44,550 nucleotides of DNA, taken from assembly GCA_016926405.1 (NCBI GenBank), contig JAFGOQ010000225.1, positions 1 to 44,550 of the forward strand, in the 5' to 3' direction. Below the pieces are notes generated by a model. It was not told the DNA's origin, made no database searches, and saw nothing but the letters and a program-made list of their open reading frames with translations. A program made the position numbers and the translations under genes. This document shows positions 32,446 through 42,950 of the stretch, piece by piece. This stretch comes from Bacteroidales bacterium. Lineage in GTDB: Bacteria > Bacteroidota > Bacteroidia > Bacteroidales > UBA6680. Position 1 is the first letter of the stretch. Every line of letters begins with the position of its first letter.

Positions 32446-34464
32446 CTATTCGTTACGCTGACCAGGTATATTACTTCGGTTAGATTTCACCTCTTGATAA
32501 TCGGCCGAAATAACTTTAAACTCTGTTCGACGGTTTATCTGATGAGCAATTTCTTTCTGAGCTTCGTTTTGCAAACTATTTATATACTCTTTTGTAAGTA
32601 ACGAACCTTCGCGTAAGAAGTTAAATTTATCGGCTATTGTTTTATCAACCTCTTTTGAGTTAGACGAACCGTATCCTCTAGAGCGCAAACGAGCCTTTGA
32701 AATACCTTTATTAACAAGATAATTAACTACCGATTCGGCACGCTGATGCGATAACTTATTATTATGATTCTCGTCGCCACGGAAGTCGGTATGTGCACCA
32801 AGCTCAATAATAATATTAGGGTTATCGTTTAATATTTCAACAAGTTTATCTAATTCCGAAGTCGACTCGGCTCTTAAATCCCACTTATCAAAGTCGTATA
32901 AAATATTAGGAATCTCGATAGGCTTTTCGTACGATTTCATTGTTAATGCAACTTCAATAGTTTTACTCTCGTCGGCATCCATAGTATTTGCTTTTGCCTT
33001 ACCATTTAAATAATTGTCTAACGACGAAACAACAACATATTGAGTATTTCGGCGAAGCGAGAATTTAAAGTTACCTTTTTCGGTAGTTGTTGTTGTTAAT
33101 AACGAACCATCGTTACCAATAAGCTTAACATCGGCTTTTGCCAAAGGCTCTTTAGTGTCAACATCTGTAATAGTACCAGCAATAGCCAATCGCATAGGAG
33201 GTAAATGAAATCTGTAAATATCGTCGGAACCAACGCCACCAACTCTGTTAGAAGAGAAATATCCGGTCTCGTTCTCGCTTTCGAAAACAATACCAAAATC
33301 GTCAAACGACGAATTTAATGGGTAACGCATATTCTCAACCAAATAACCAGCATCGGTTTTCTTTGCACGGAAAATATCTAAACCTCCCATTCCTTCGTGA
33401 CTATCTGACGAAAAATAGAACTCACTATTATCGCGAATAAACGGATACATTTCGTTTCCGGCAGTGTTAATATCTTTTCCAAGATTTTCGGGCTTGCCCC
33501 AATCGCCCGATTCGGTAGCACGAGTAACCTTCCAAATATCTTTTCCACCATATCCACCAGGAATATCGGCAGTAAAAAACATTGTTAAACCATCGGGCGA
33601 AATAGAAGGATGAGCAACAATAGACGAGTCTTCGGCTAACTTAAGGTTAGTTGGAGTTAACCACTCGTCGTCGCTATATTTTACCGAATAAATACGACAG
33701 CCAAACTTACCTTTCTTCTTTGTTATACAGCGAGTGAAATACATCTCTTTACCATCGGGGGTAATAGCTGTAGACCCTTCGTCGAATTCGGAGTTAACAC
33801 CTTCGGGTAAAACTTCTGGCTTAGTCCATTTTTGGCTTCTTTGCAACTCTACCTGAAAAATATCGGTGAATTTTTCGCCTGTTACGTTCGATACTTTTTT
33901 ACCCATAGCACCATCGCGCGACGATGTAAATATAATTTTTGTGTAATCGCTATTTAAAAATGCAGGCGAGAAATCGCTCTGCTTAGAGTTCCACGGACGA
34001 ACATTTTCGACAAGATATCCCGACGGATTCTGACTCCACAATTCTGCTAATTCACATTGTTTAAGCCCTAGTTGACCTCTTTTATCGGAAGGACGCAACG
34101 AATTATATTTTTCGTAAGCCAAATTAGCGGTTTCGTAATCGCTTAACTGCAAAAGACAGTCGCCATAATAAAGATATACAATAGGATCGCTATATTTTTT
34201 GCTAATAGCTTTTTTATACGAGTTAACTGCTTTTTTAGGCTCACTAATCAAACGATAGCACTCTCCTATTTTAAAAAGAATCTCGGCTTTTTTAGTATTG
34301 TCGTTACTAGGATGAGTATACGATTCTTTATATAAAGCTGCTGCTTCGTTATATCCACCAGCTCTAAAAGTAGCTTCGGCACGTTTATATTTAGCCGATT
34401 GAGCATTTATTGATAATGCAATAAATAGAGTTAAAATTACGGTAATAATTTTTCGAGAGAACAT
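32446..34464 (-). CDS. OmpA-family outer-membrane protein with N-terminal TPR and TolB-like beta-propeller repeats
   Basis: 672 aa with a signal peptide, a TPR-like N-terminus, repeated SP(D/A)G...(Y/F)F(T/S)S motifs, and a C-terminal OmpA domain (GHTDFRGDENHNNKLSHQRAESVVNYL...NRRTEFKV). Confidence 0.85.
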   Translation of the reverse strand: MFSRKIITVILTLFIALSINAQSAKYKRAEATFRAGGYNEAAALYKESYTHPSNDNTKKAEILFKIGECYRLISEPKKAVNSYKKAISKKYSDPIVYLYYGDCLLQLSDYETANLAYEKYNSLRPSDKRGQLGLKQCELAELWSQNPSGYLVENVRPWNSKQSDFSPAFLNSDYTKIIFTSSRDGAMGKKVSNVTGEKFTDIFQVELQRSQKWTKPEVLPEGVNSEFDEGSTAITPDGKEMYFTRCITKKKGKFGCRIYSVKYSDDEWLTPTNLKLAEDSSIVAHPSISPDGLTMFFTADIPGGYGGKDIWKVTRATESGDWGKPENLGKDINTAGNEMYPFIRDNSEFYFSSDSHEGMGGLDIFRAKKTDAGYLVENMRYPLNSSFDDFGIVFESENETGYFSSNRVGGVGSDDIYRFHLPPMRLAIAGTITDVDTKEPLAKADVKLIGNDGSLLTTTTTEKGNFKFSLRRNTQYVVVSSLDNYLNGKAKANTMDADESKTIEVALTMKSYEKPIEIPNILYDFDKWDLRAESTSELDKLVEILNDNPNIIIELGAHTDFRGDENHNNKLSHQRAESVVNYLVNKGISKARLRSRGYGSSNSKEVDKTIADKFNFLREGSLLTKEYINSLQNEAQKEIAHQINRRTEFKVISADYQEVKSNRSNIPGQRNE

Positions 34465-34493
34465 TTATTTATGTTTTTGATTGTGTTAAATAC

Positions 34494-34525
34494 TAAAAAA
34501 CCAGACACGAAAATGTCGTGTCTGG
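34494..34525 (-). terminator. glnN terminator
   Basis: 10-bp stem ccagacacga / tcgtgtctgg followed on the minus strand by T6. Confidence 0.8.
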
Positions 34526-34573
34526 CGTAAAAATAACCATTTTTTTTAAAAATAGTTACGGATGAGAGATTCT

Positions 34574-36772
34574 TTATAATGAGAACAGCATCTCCCTATA
34601 TTTTGGGAGTGGCCATATTTCGTCGTCTATTATTAGCTCTAGCTTATCTATCTGATATCTTATTGATTCTAAATAAGGTTTTATATCGGCCGAATATATC
34701 TGAGACTTCTTTTCGATAGACTCTATTCTGTTAGCCTCTTTACGTTTTTCAACCATCTCTTTTACCTCTTTTCTGATAACAGATATATGTTTTCCGATTT
34801 TCTTTATCGACTCTATTTGCGGCTTAACACTTTCGGTTATATCGTCAATTTGCAAAGCAGTAAGGCTAGATACGTTCTGAGCTAAAGTGTTTTGATATTT
34901 TATTGCCGTTGGAATAAAATGGTTTATTGCCAAATCGGCTAGCACTCTCGATTCAATCTGAATTTTCTTCATAAAAGTCTCCAAACGAATTTCGTATCTG
35001 GCTTCAAGCTCGCGCTTAGTAAGAATTTTAGTCTCCTCAAAAAGCTTAACTGTTTTATCGTGTAAGAAAGCAGATGTTGCTGTTGGAACATCGACAATAT
35101 TCGACAAGCCACGCTTTTTAGCCTCATCGGCCCACTCTTGGCTATATCCATTCCCTTCGAAACGAACTTTTTTAGACGAAATAATATATTCGCGTAACAC
35201 ACGGAAAATAGCTTCATCTTTTTTAAGTTCCGAATGCTTATCTAAAATTTTATCAACCTCAGCCTTAAAATCTATAAGCTGTTTTGTAACGGCACTATTT
35301 AAAGCTATTAAAGCCGAAGAACAGTTTGCCGACGAACCAACCGCTCTAAACTCAAATCGGTTTCCAGTAAAAGCAAATGGCGATGTTCTGTTTCTGTCGG
35401 TATTATCTAAAAGTATCTCCGGAATTTTACCAATAATATCGAGCTTAAGCTCTGTTTTCTCGTCGGGAGTCATCTTCTTGTCGGAAACTTTCTCCTCTAT
35501 TTCGTTAAGAACCTCGGTAAGTTTTTCGCCAATAAAAACAGACATTATTGCCGGAGGAGCTTCGTTGCCTCCTAATCTATACTGATTACTCTCTGTTAAA
35601 ATACTAGCTCTAAGCAAATCGTTATACTCGTCAACAGCCTTAATGGTATTTACCAAGAATGTTAAAAACTGAAGATTGTTCTTAGGCGTTTTTCCAGGCG
35701 ACAATAAATTTACACCTGTATTTGTTGCCAACGACCAGTTATTGTGTTTACCCGAACCATTAATTCCTTTATAAGGTTTTTCGTGAAGCAAAACCTCCAA
35801 ATCGTGCTTTCGGCCAATGGTTTTCATTAACGACATTAAAAGCTGATTATGGTCGACAGCCAGATTTGCCTCTTCGAAAATTGGAGCACACTCAAACTGA
35901 CTAGGAGCAACTTCGTTATGTCGGGTTTTTAATGGTATACCCAATTTAATCGACTCTATCTCCAATTCTTTCATAAACGAAAGAACACGCTCGGGGATAG
36001 CACCAAAGTAATGGTCGTCTAACTGCTGATCTTTTGCCGAGGCATGACCAATTAAGGTTCGTTTTGTAAGAGCCAAATCGGGACGAGCATTAAAAATTGC
36101 CCTATCGATAAGAAAATACTCTTGCTCCCATCCTACATTTGAAATAACCTTTGTTACATTTTTATCGAAATAACCACATATATCAACAGCTGCCTTATCT
36201 AACACAGAAAGCGATTTAATAAGAGGTGTTTTATAATCTAAAGCCTCGCCCGTATACGAAACAAATATTGTAGGAATACAAAGTGTGCGATCTAAAATAA
36301 ACGCTGGCGACGACGGATCCCAAGCAGTGTATCCACGTGCTTCGAAAGTGTTTCTAATACCACCATTAGGAAAACTAGATGCATCGGGCTCTTGCTGAAT
36401 TAACAGCTCGGCACTGAAGTCTTCGAAAGAGTTTGCTTTATCGTCGGTTAAGTCGAAAAAACCATCGTGCTTTTCGGCTGTTGATCCTGTTAAAGGATGA
36501 AACCAATGAGTATAATGAGTTGCCCCATTCTCTATAGCCCAAAGTTTCATACCATTGGCTACCTGCGCAGCAATTTTACGATCAATTCGTGTTCCATCGT
36601 CAATAGAGTTAACAACTCCTTGAAACGCCTCCTTAGAGATATACTTGCGCATTTTCTCTCTATCGAAAACATTTACACAATACAACTCGGAATGCCTATT
36701 CGGCTCCTTTTCAATTTTTACAGCTTTTCGTGAAGAAGCTTCCTTTAATGAATTAAATCGTAGTGTTGCCAT
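34574..36772 (-). CDS. glnN: Glutamine synthetase type III
   Basis: About 730 aa, collinear with Bacteroides-type GSIII. Start placed at MATLRFNSLKEAS (36772); the track start is 36826. Confidence 0.9.
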   Translation of the reverse strand: MATLRFNSLKEASSRKAVKIEKEPNRHSELYCVNVFDREKMRKYISKEAFQGVVNSIDDGTRIDRKIAAQVANGMKLWAIENGATHYTHWFHPLTGSTAEKHDGFFDLTDDKANSFEDFSAELLIQQEPDASSFPNGGIRNTFEARGYTAWDPSSPAFILDRTLCIPTIFVSYTGEALDYKTPLIKSLSVLDKAAVDICGYFDKNVTKVISNVGWEQEYFLIDRAIFNARPDLALTKRTLIGHASAKDQQLDDHYFGAIPERVLSFMKELEIESIKLGIPLKTRHNEVAPSQFECAPIFEEANLAVDHNQLLMSLMKTIGRKHDLEVLLHEKPYKGINGSGKHNNWSLATNTGVNLLSPGKTPKNNLQFLTFLVNTIKAVDEYNDLLRASILTESNQYRLGGNEAPPAIMSVFIGEKLTEVLNEIEEKVSDKKMTPDEKTELKLDIIGKIPEILLDNTDRNRTSPFAFTGNRFEFRAVGSSANCSSALIALNSAVTKQLIDFKAEVDKILDKHSELKKDEAIFRVLREYIISSKKVRFEGNGYSQEWADEAKKRGLSNIVDVPTATSAFLHDKTVKLFEETKILTKRELEARYEIRLETFMKKIQIESRVLADLAINHFIPTAIKYQNTLAQNVSSLTALQIDDITESVKPQIESIKKIGKHISVIRKEVKEMVEKRKEANRIESIEKKSQIYSADIKPYLESIRYQIDKLELIIDDEIWPLPKYREMLFSL

Positions 36773-36955
36773 ATTATTTTTTATTATCAACGCCACAAAA
36801 CTACATTTAATTTTTGTTGTCGCCAATTTTTAGAGGGGCATTATTAATTTTTATATGTTTTTCACAAAGCACCCCCTTGTGTTTTTAAGGGGTACACCTA
36901 ATTTATTTTACTTTATTAATATTTCGGCAGCTTTAGGTATTCGATAATACTTTCA

Positions 36956-36963
36956 TATATTTG
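36956..36963 (+). promoter_or_regulatory. -7 promoter element TATATTTG for the tatA operon
   Basis: Perfect TAnnTTTG, 47 nt upstream of the ATG at 37010. Confidence 0.5.
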
Positions 36964-37009
36964 CATATTGATAATACTATATCTATTACAGACAAAACAT
37001 TATACAGAT

Positions 37010-37279
37010 ATGAACCCTTTTTTATTATCACTAGGAGGAAACGAGATTATATTTATAATACTAGCCTTAATTCTCCTTTTTGGTGTTAAAAGAATACCCG
37101 AACTAGCCAGAATGCTGGGTAAAGGTGTAGCCGAATTTAAAAATGCCACCGACGAAATAAAACGAGAAATTAACGACGCGGCCGATTCTATTAACAGTAA
37201 TAAGAATGTAGAAAAGCCTATTTCTAAAAAAGATAAAGCTGAAGACAAATCAAATGATAATACAAGCAAAAGGGATTAA
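37010..37279 (+). CDS. tatA: Twin-arginine translocase TatA/TatE-family subunit
   Basis: [46 protein letters not shown] is the TatA TM helix plus amphipathic helix. The track start (TTG at 36968) was rejected in favour of this ATG. Confidence 0.85.
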   Translation: MNPFLLSLGGNEIIFIILALILLFGVKRIPELARMLGKGVAEFKNATDEIKREINDAADSINSNKNVEKPISKKDKAEDKSNDNTSKRD

Positions 37280-37916
37280 TAAAAACTACGGAGAGCTTCA
37301 AGTTCTAAAAGATGTAGATTTAGAAATAACTGCTGGCGAAGTTGTAACACTGGTTGGAACAAGCGGAGCAGGCAAAACAACATTACTACAGATATTAGGA
37401 TCGCTAGGATCGCCAAACAGCGGATCGGTAACAATTGACGGAGTTGATCTGTTTTCGTTACCAGAGAAAGCTCTTTCTCGTTTTAGAAACACCCAAATAG
37501 GTTTTGTTTTTCAATTTCATCAGCTTTTGCCCGAGTTTACAGCTTTAGAGAATGTTTGCATTCCGGCATGGATTGGTGGAGCAGACAAAAAAGAGACAGA
37601 AAAACGAGCATTAGAACTTTTTAAATTTCTGAATATATCGCATAGAATAACTCACAAACCAAGCGAACTGTCGGGTGGAGAACAACAGCGAGTTGCAGTG
37701 GCACGTGCACTAATAAATAACCCAAAAGTTGTTTTTGCCGACGAACCATCGGGTAACCTAGACAGCGTTAACAAAAAAGAATTACACGAACTTTTCTTTA
37801 AACTTCGTGATCAATACGGTTATACTTTTGTTATAGTAACTCACGATTTTGATCTGGCTAAAATGTCGGACAGAACATTAGAGATGAAAGACGGAAGAAT
37901 AATTAACTATGAATAA
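37254..37916 (+). CDS. ABC transporter ATP-binding protein (LolD/MacB-ATPase-like)
   Basis: 220 aa with Walker [10 protein letters not shown], the signature [15 protein letters not shown] and Walker [13 protein letters not shown]. It overlaps tatA by 26 nt. Confidence 0.85.
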   Translation: MIIQAKGINKNYGELQVLKDVDLEITAGEVVTLVGTSGAGKTTLLQILGSLGSPNSGSVTIDGVDLFSLPEKALSRFRNTQIGFVFQFHQLLPEFTALENVCIPAWIGGADKKETEKRALELFKFLNISHRITHKPSELSGGEQQRVAVARALINNPKVVFADEPSGNLDSVNKKELHELFFKLRDQYGYTFVIVTHDFDLAKMSDRTLEMKDGRIINYE

Positions 37917-38688
37917 ACAAGAAACAGATGGTGTAAAAGATCTTTTAGACCATAAATACGACGAATTTTGCCAGAGTCATTTTATTGACACTGACCCTAT
38001 TCAAATACCAAAACAGTTTACCAGCAAAGAAGATATTGAGATAGCAGCATTTTTTGCAGCTACTTTGGCTTGGGGAAACAGAAAGATGATTATATCCTCG
38101 GCAAACAAGCTTATAAATATAATGGGCAATTCGCCTTACGATTTTGTTATGTCGTACTCACCGGCGCAAAGAAAACAGATTGAAGATTTTAAGTACAGAA
38201 CATTTAACTCTGTTGATTTAGACTTTTTCATTCAATCGTTAAATAATATTTATACTAACCACCACGGACTAGAGAATATATTTACCAAAGGATACAATGT
38301 TGATAAGTCGATAAAATCGGCTATTTCACACTTTCGAGAAGTTTTTATTTCGGTAGATCACGAGAAACGATCGGAAAAACATTTAGCTAATGTAGATAAA
38401 CAATCGGCAGCAAAACGACTAAATATGTTTTTGCGCTGGATGGTTAGAAGCAATTGCGAAGGTGTTGATTTTGGCTTATGGAAAAATATTAACCCCAGCG
38501 ATTTAATAATACCATTAGATGTGCATTGCGCTAGAACGGCTCGAGCATTAAATCTATTAACACGACAACAAACCGACTGGAAAGCAGCAATTGAACTAAC
38601 TAACAAACTAAAAGATTTTGATAGTAACGATCCTGTTAAGTACGACTTTGCACTTTTTGGATTGGGGGTATTCGAAAAATTTAGATAA
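37909..38688 (+). CDS. TIGR02757/DUF2400-family protein
   Basis: 259 aa. The blocks [15 protein letters not shown] and [16 protein letters not shown] fit my recollection of this family. It overlaps the ABC gene by 8 nt (ATGAATAA). Confidence 0.55.
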   Translation: MNKQETDGVKDLLDHKYDEFCQSHFIDTDPIQIPKQFTSKEDIEIAAFFAATLAWGNRKMIISSANKLINIMGNSPYDFVMSYSPAQRKQIEDFKYRTFNSVDLDFFIQSLNNIYTNHHGLENIFTKGYNVDKSIKSAISHFREVFISVDHEKRSEKHLANVDKQSAAKRLNMFLRWMVRSNCEGVDFGLWKNINPSDLIIPLDVHCARTARALNLLTRQQTDWKAAIELTNKLKDFDSNDPVKYDFALFGLGVFEKFR

Positions 38689-38690
38689 AT

Positions 38691-39392
38691 ATGGCAGGAT
38701 TTAGATTTAAAAAGTTCACTATTAATCAGGATAATTGTGCCATGAAAGTTGGTACCGATGGTGTTTTACTTGGTGCATGGGTTAACACAAACCAAACCAA
38801 CCAAATTCTAGATATTGGAACTGGAACAGGGTTAATATCGCTTATGATTGCACAACGAAGCAATGCAAAAATTGATGCTATTGACATTGATTACGATGCC
38901 TACAATTGCGCTTGCCAAAATGTTGAACAATCGGAATGGAAAGAGAGAATTAAAGTATTTAACAAAAGCCTTCAAGATTTTTCGACAGATTACAAATACG
39001 ATTTAATTGTATCGAACCCGCCATTCTTCGAGAACTCTCTAAAAGCTTCTTGCAACAAACGTACACTTGCTCGACACACCGACTCGCTCCCATTTAACGA
39101 TTTTGTTAATATCTGCATTAATCTACTTTCCGAAAATGGACGATTAGCTGTAATTCTACCCGTATTGCAAGGAGAAAGCTTAATAGAAAAGTGCCAAAAG
39201 CAAGGTCTTTTTTTAACCCGAAGAACCAATATAAAACCGACTCCAGAAAAGGAGTCGAAGCGCATATTACTAGAGTTTGGATTCATAAAAGCAGATATCG
39301 AAAATTCTACTTTAGTAATTGAAAGCAACGGACGTCATCAGTATTCAGAACAATACAAATCATTAACAAAAGATTATTATTTGGCTTTCTAA
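38691..39392 (+). CDS. tRNA1(Val) adenine-37 N6-methyltransferase (YfiC/TrmN6-like)
   Basis: 233 aa with FRFKKFTINQDNCAMKVGTDGVLLGAW, the SAM motif ILDIGTGTGLISLMIAQ and the catalytic VSNPPFF. Confidence 0.8.
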   Translation: MAGFRFKKFTINQDNCAMKVGTDGVLLGAWVNTNQTNQILDIGTGTGLISLMIAQRSNAKIDAIDIDYDAYNCACQNVEQSEWKERIKVFNKSLQDFSTDYKYDLIVSNPPFFENSLKASCNKRTLARHTDSLPFNDFVNICINLLSENGRLAVILPVLQGESLIEKCQKQGLFLTRRTNIKPTPEKESKRILLEFGFIKADIENSTLVIESNGRHQYSEQYKSLTKDYYLAF

Positions 39393-39422
39393 ACAACAGA
39401 CACCTCTAAAGAAAAAAAACTA

Positions 39423-40694
39423 TTACTTGACATACATCAGTATCTTTTCTTTAATAGCTTTCTGACAAACTGGACAAAAAGAGTTTGCAGAATGGCTTCG
39501 CATAATACAGTTCCGATAAGGTCTATACAACCCCTTGGCCGAATACCCAGCCCCTTCGAAAACACCAACTTTCTTTGAATACTTATAATTTTCGGGAGTT
39601 GGGATCGGAACATCAGACTCTATCATGTCGCCCCATTTTATACTAAAATTAACAAGATTGGTAATATTTGGATGCCAAGGCTCAAATTTCGGACTAAAAA
39701 AATCGTTATAAGCCACCACAGAATCGTAATACTCATCGGCAAGACCTGCCAATGAGTGACCAAGCTCATGCACCAAAACATAATCGGACACTTCGTGATC
39801 TGATGTAATAACCGAGTAATGATTGTAAATACCACCACCTCCATAACGACTCGAATTAACTACAGCAATATATGCATCGCCAGGAGCGTACGACGACTCA
39901 GAACAGAAATTCCAGTAACTATAAGTTCCTATATATCGTTCGGTACCAAAAAAGTCGAAACTGAAATCCAAATTGGTATCTTGCCACTTATTCCAATGTG
40001 GTTCATCGATACCACGATCAGCAGATGCTGAAAAAACAGCCCAAACATTTATTTTAGACTTAAGCTGCTTATATGGTTCAAATTCAAACAAATCATCAGA
40101 AAAACGTTTAACATCTTTTACAAATTTTTTATAATCCCTTTGTCGGTATCCTTCCGATAGAAAAACCAAATCGAAACAGTTTTGATAATCTCCAGAAACC
40201 AATATCTTATCAACTTTTCTATTTTTTAAATATTTGGTATCAGATATATCCTCGGGAGAAATCTTTTCGGTAAAAAGATCCTGATAATTACCAAGAGTAT
40301 CTAAGCCCTGTATATTAATAAACACGCTATTCTTCGGAAAAGGAACCGAAACACTCTCCTCAAACGCCATATCACCTGTAGAAGCTTGCGAAGTTGTAAC
40401 AAACTCTTCGAAGAGTGTACAAAAACCTTTTACATAGAGTATTTTTTGGGAAACCCCATCGGTAACAACAACTCGGTAATTACCATTATATTCTAATTCC
40501 GATTTAATAGCATGTATAGCTGAAAAATATTTATCATGAGTATAACTGTTAACAAAAACCGAATCTACAGGTTTAGCTTGTTTAATAACAAAATTAATGC
40601 GGAGCGAACCTTCGGAAAAATAATCTGCAAAAGATTGTGAAAACAAACTTGAGTTAAGCAAAAGGAAGAGCCAAAAAAGAGAGATTTTTCGCAT
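39423..40694 (-). CDS. M64-family (IgA-protease-like) zinc metallopeptidase
   Basis: 423 aa with a signal peptide and HEXXH in LVHELGHSLAGLADEY. The overall layout matches Peptidase_M64. Confidence 0.75.
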   Translation of the reverse strand: MRKISLFWLFLLLNSSLFSQSFADYFSEGSLRINFVIKQAKPVDSVFVNSYTHDKYFSAIHAIKSELEYNGNYRVVVTDGVSQKILYVKGFCTLFEEFVTTSQASTGDMAFEESVSVPFPKNSVFINIQGLDTLGNYQDLFTEKISPEDISDTKYLKNRKVDKILVSGDYQNCFDLVFLSEGYRQRDYKKFVKDVKRFSDDLFEFEPYKQLKSKINVWAVFSASADRGIDEPHWNKWQDTNLDFSFDFFGTERYIGTYSYWNFCSESSYAPGDAYIAVVNSSRYGGGGIYNHYSVITSDHEVSDYVLVHELGHSLAGLADEYYDSVVAYNDFFSPKFEPWHPNITNLVNFSIKWGDMIESDVPIPTPENYKYSKKVGVFEGAGYSAKGLYRPYRNCIMRSHSANSFCPVCQKAIKEKILMYVK

Positions 40695-40810
40695 ATCACA
40701 TTAAAATTTGTACAGTTAACAAAATAAGAACTATTTTTCACTAAAAACAGCCCTCATTGATAAACTAAATCACTATTTTCGTTATCGTTTATATAAAACT
40801 AACTAATAAG

Positions 40811-42016
40811 ATGGCTTCAGACTTTTTATCATTAATTGAAAGATGGTTAACAGACCTTAACATTCCTTTGGAATACCTTAAGCTAACTCGCACATTACTT
40901 CTTATTATAGTAATAGGATTATTAGCCTTTTTATCAGATTTTCTAGCAAAGAAAATTTTTCTTAACACTATAAAACAAATTGTAGCTAAAACAAAAAACG
41001 AATGGGACGATGCTCTATTAAACAAAAAAGTATTTAACAGATTAGCTCATTTAGCTCCTACACTAGTAATCTACTACAGTTCTATATTCCTACTTAAAGA
41101 TAGCTATCCTCTTTTATCAACATTTACAACAAACATTATTGAGATAATAATCATCATAATAATTACATTTGTTGTAATCAATATTTTAGACTCTCTTAAT
41201 GAAGTATTGGAAAACTTACCATTATGGCGTAATCGTCCAGTAAAGGGTTATTTCCAATTGATTAAAATCTTCACATATTTTATTGCCGGACTATTAATTA
41301 TATCGATAGGACTAGATCAGTCCATTGGTAAATTAGTAACAGGATTGGGAGCTATGGCCGCAATTCTTCTATTGGTTTTCAAAGATACAATACTTGGATT
41401 TGTTGCTTCTATTCAGCTATCGGCAAATAAAATGGTTAAAAAGGGCGACTGGATTTCGATGCCCTCTCATAATGCCGATGGTACAGTTTTAGACATCACT
41501 TTAAACACTGTTAAAGTACAAAACTGGGATAAAACAATAAGCACAATACCAACTTATGCACTAATATCAAACTCGTTCCAAAACTGGATTGGAATGGAAG
41601 AAAGTGGCGGACGACGAATAAAACGCTCTGTTAATATTGATATGCAGAGTATTAAATTCTGTACACAAGAATTAGCAACACAACTTACCGAGAGCAACTT
41701 GCTAACTATTCGCGACGAACAAATTGAAAACAAAACAACAAACGTAAGTCTTCTTAGAGAATATATAGAAAACTATTTGGCCGACCATCCGCTAATACAT
41801 AACGATATGACATTTTTAGTTCGTCAGCTTCAACCAACAGAAATAGGAATGCCAATTGAGGTTTATGTTTTTAGCACCGATCAACGATGGGCTGAATACG
41901 AAAAAATTCAGGCCGAAATAATTGAACATATAATTGCAGTTGTTCCACTTTTCGAGTTACGTATATTCCAAAACCCAACTGGTCACGATTTTAAAAGCCT
42001 TGCAAACAATGGATAA
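40811..42016 (+). CDS. Mechanosensitive ion channel (MscS family)
   Basis: 401 aa with several TM helices followed by GDWISMPSHNADGTVLDITLNTVKVQNWDKTISTIPTYALISNSFQNW. Confidence 0.85.
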   Translation: MASDFLSLIERWLTDLNIPLEYLKLTRTLLLIIVIGLLAFLSDFLAKKIFLNTIKQIVAKTKNEWDDALLNKKVFNRLAHLAPTLVIYYSSIFLLKDSYPLLSTFTTNIIEIIIIIIITFVVINILDSLNEVLENLPLWRNRPVKGYFQLIKIFTYFIAGLLIISIGLDQSIGKLVTGLGAMAAILLLVFKDTILGFVASIQLSANKMVKKGDWISMPSHNADGTVLDITLNTVKVQNWDKTISTIPTYALISNSFQNWIGMEESGGRRIKRSVNIDMQSIKFCTQELATQLTESNLLTIRDEQIENKTTNVSLLREYIENYLADHPLIHNDMTFLVRQLQPTEIGMPIEVYVFSTDQRWAEYEKIQAEIIEHIIAVVPLFELRIFQNPTGHDFKSLANNG

Positions 42017-42905
42017 AAAACGTCCTATATCACTAGTCCTATCAAGCGGAGGAGCCCGTGGAATAGCTCATATTGGAGTAATTGAAGAGTTAGAAAAGCT
42101 AGGATATAATATAACTTCGGTAACAGGAACATCTATTGGATCTGTAATTGGGGCTTTTTATGCTTGTGGCCAACTTAGCGTTTACCGCGACTGGGTACTT
42201 GATCTTTCTAAAACAGATATTTATAGATTGATGGATTTCACTCTCGACTCTAAAGGTTTTCTAAAAGGGTTTAAGGTTTTTAGAGAGTTAAAAAAGATAA
42301 TCCCAGACCGAGATATATCTGAACTAGACATACCATTTACAGCTATTGCAACAGACATTTTCAATAGAAATGAAATTGTACTAAACAAAGGAAGCATGTA
42401 CGATGCAATAAGAGCATCGGTAGCTATTCCTGGTTTTATAACGCCATACAGAAGTGGTAAAAAAGAATATTTCGACGGAGGATTAATTAACCCTATGCCG
42501 CTTAACAAAACTATTATAACAAACAATGAGCAAATAGTGGCGGTTAATTTAAACCACTGGGATCCAAATTTTAAACCTATTGACGAGAACGAGAAAATTA
42601 AAGAACATCAGCGATTCGATTTCATTATAAATAAATGGGATTCGTTTATTGGTACTAAACTAAAAAAGCCACAATCAACAAGTCAAAAAGCTGGGATGAT
42701 AAAGTTATTTTCGGAGATGTTTGATCTAATGCAAGAACAAATAACGTCGTTTCATTTGCAAGAAACACCACCCGATTTATTAGTTAAAATTCCACGAAAC
42801 GCTTGCAATACTTTTGATTTTCACAAAAGTAGACAACTTATTGAACTAGGACGCACTGCTGTTCACAAAGCTTTAGAAGAGGAAAACGTGAAGATTTCGC
42901 AATAA
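42009..42905 (+). CDS. Patatin-like phospholipase
   Basis: Start at MDKKRPISLVLSSGGARGIAHIGV, with the oxyanion GGxRG, the serine lipase motif GTSIGS and DGG. It overlaps the MscS gene by 8 nt (ATGGATAA). Confidence 0.85.
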   Translation: MDKKRPISLVLSSGGARGIAHIGVIEELEKLGYNITSVTGTSIGSVIGAFYACGQLSVYRDWVLDLSKTDIYRLMDFTLDSKGFLKGFKVFRELKKIIPDRDISELDIPFTAIATDIFNRNEIVLNKGSMYDAIRASVAIPGFITPYRSGKKEYFDGGLINPMPLNKTIITNNEQIVAVNLNHWDPNFKPIDENEKIKEHQRFDFIINKWDSFIGTKLKKPQSTSQKAGMIKLFSEMFDLMQEQITSFHLQETPPDLLVKIPRNACNTFDFHKSRQLIELGRTAVHKALEEENVKISQ

Positions 42906-42950
42906 TCTTTATTACATAAACAAAGGCTAATGTATATATAATAAGTACTT

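Noticed and set aside
36968-37009. TTG-initiated N-terminal extension of tatA in the track
   Set aside because: The extension overlaps the region just downstream of the TATATTTG promoter motif, and the canonical TatA sequence starts at the ATG at 37010.
40789-41025. Track ORF 40789..41025 (-) across the MscS start; also 43406..43820 and 44016..44207 within or antisense to the sigma-54 activator, 38358..38606, 38990..39328, 39638..40031 and 42221..42526
   Set aside because: They are antisense or out of frame relative to well-supported genes, and are treated as noise.
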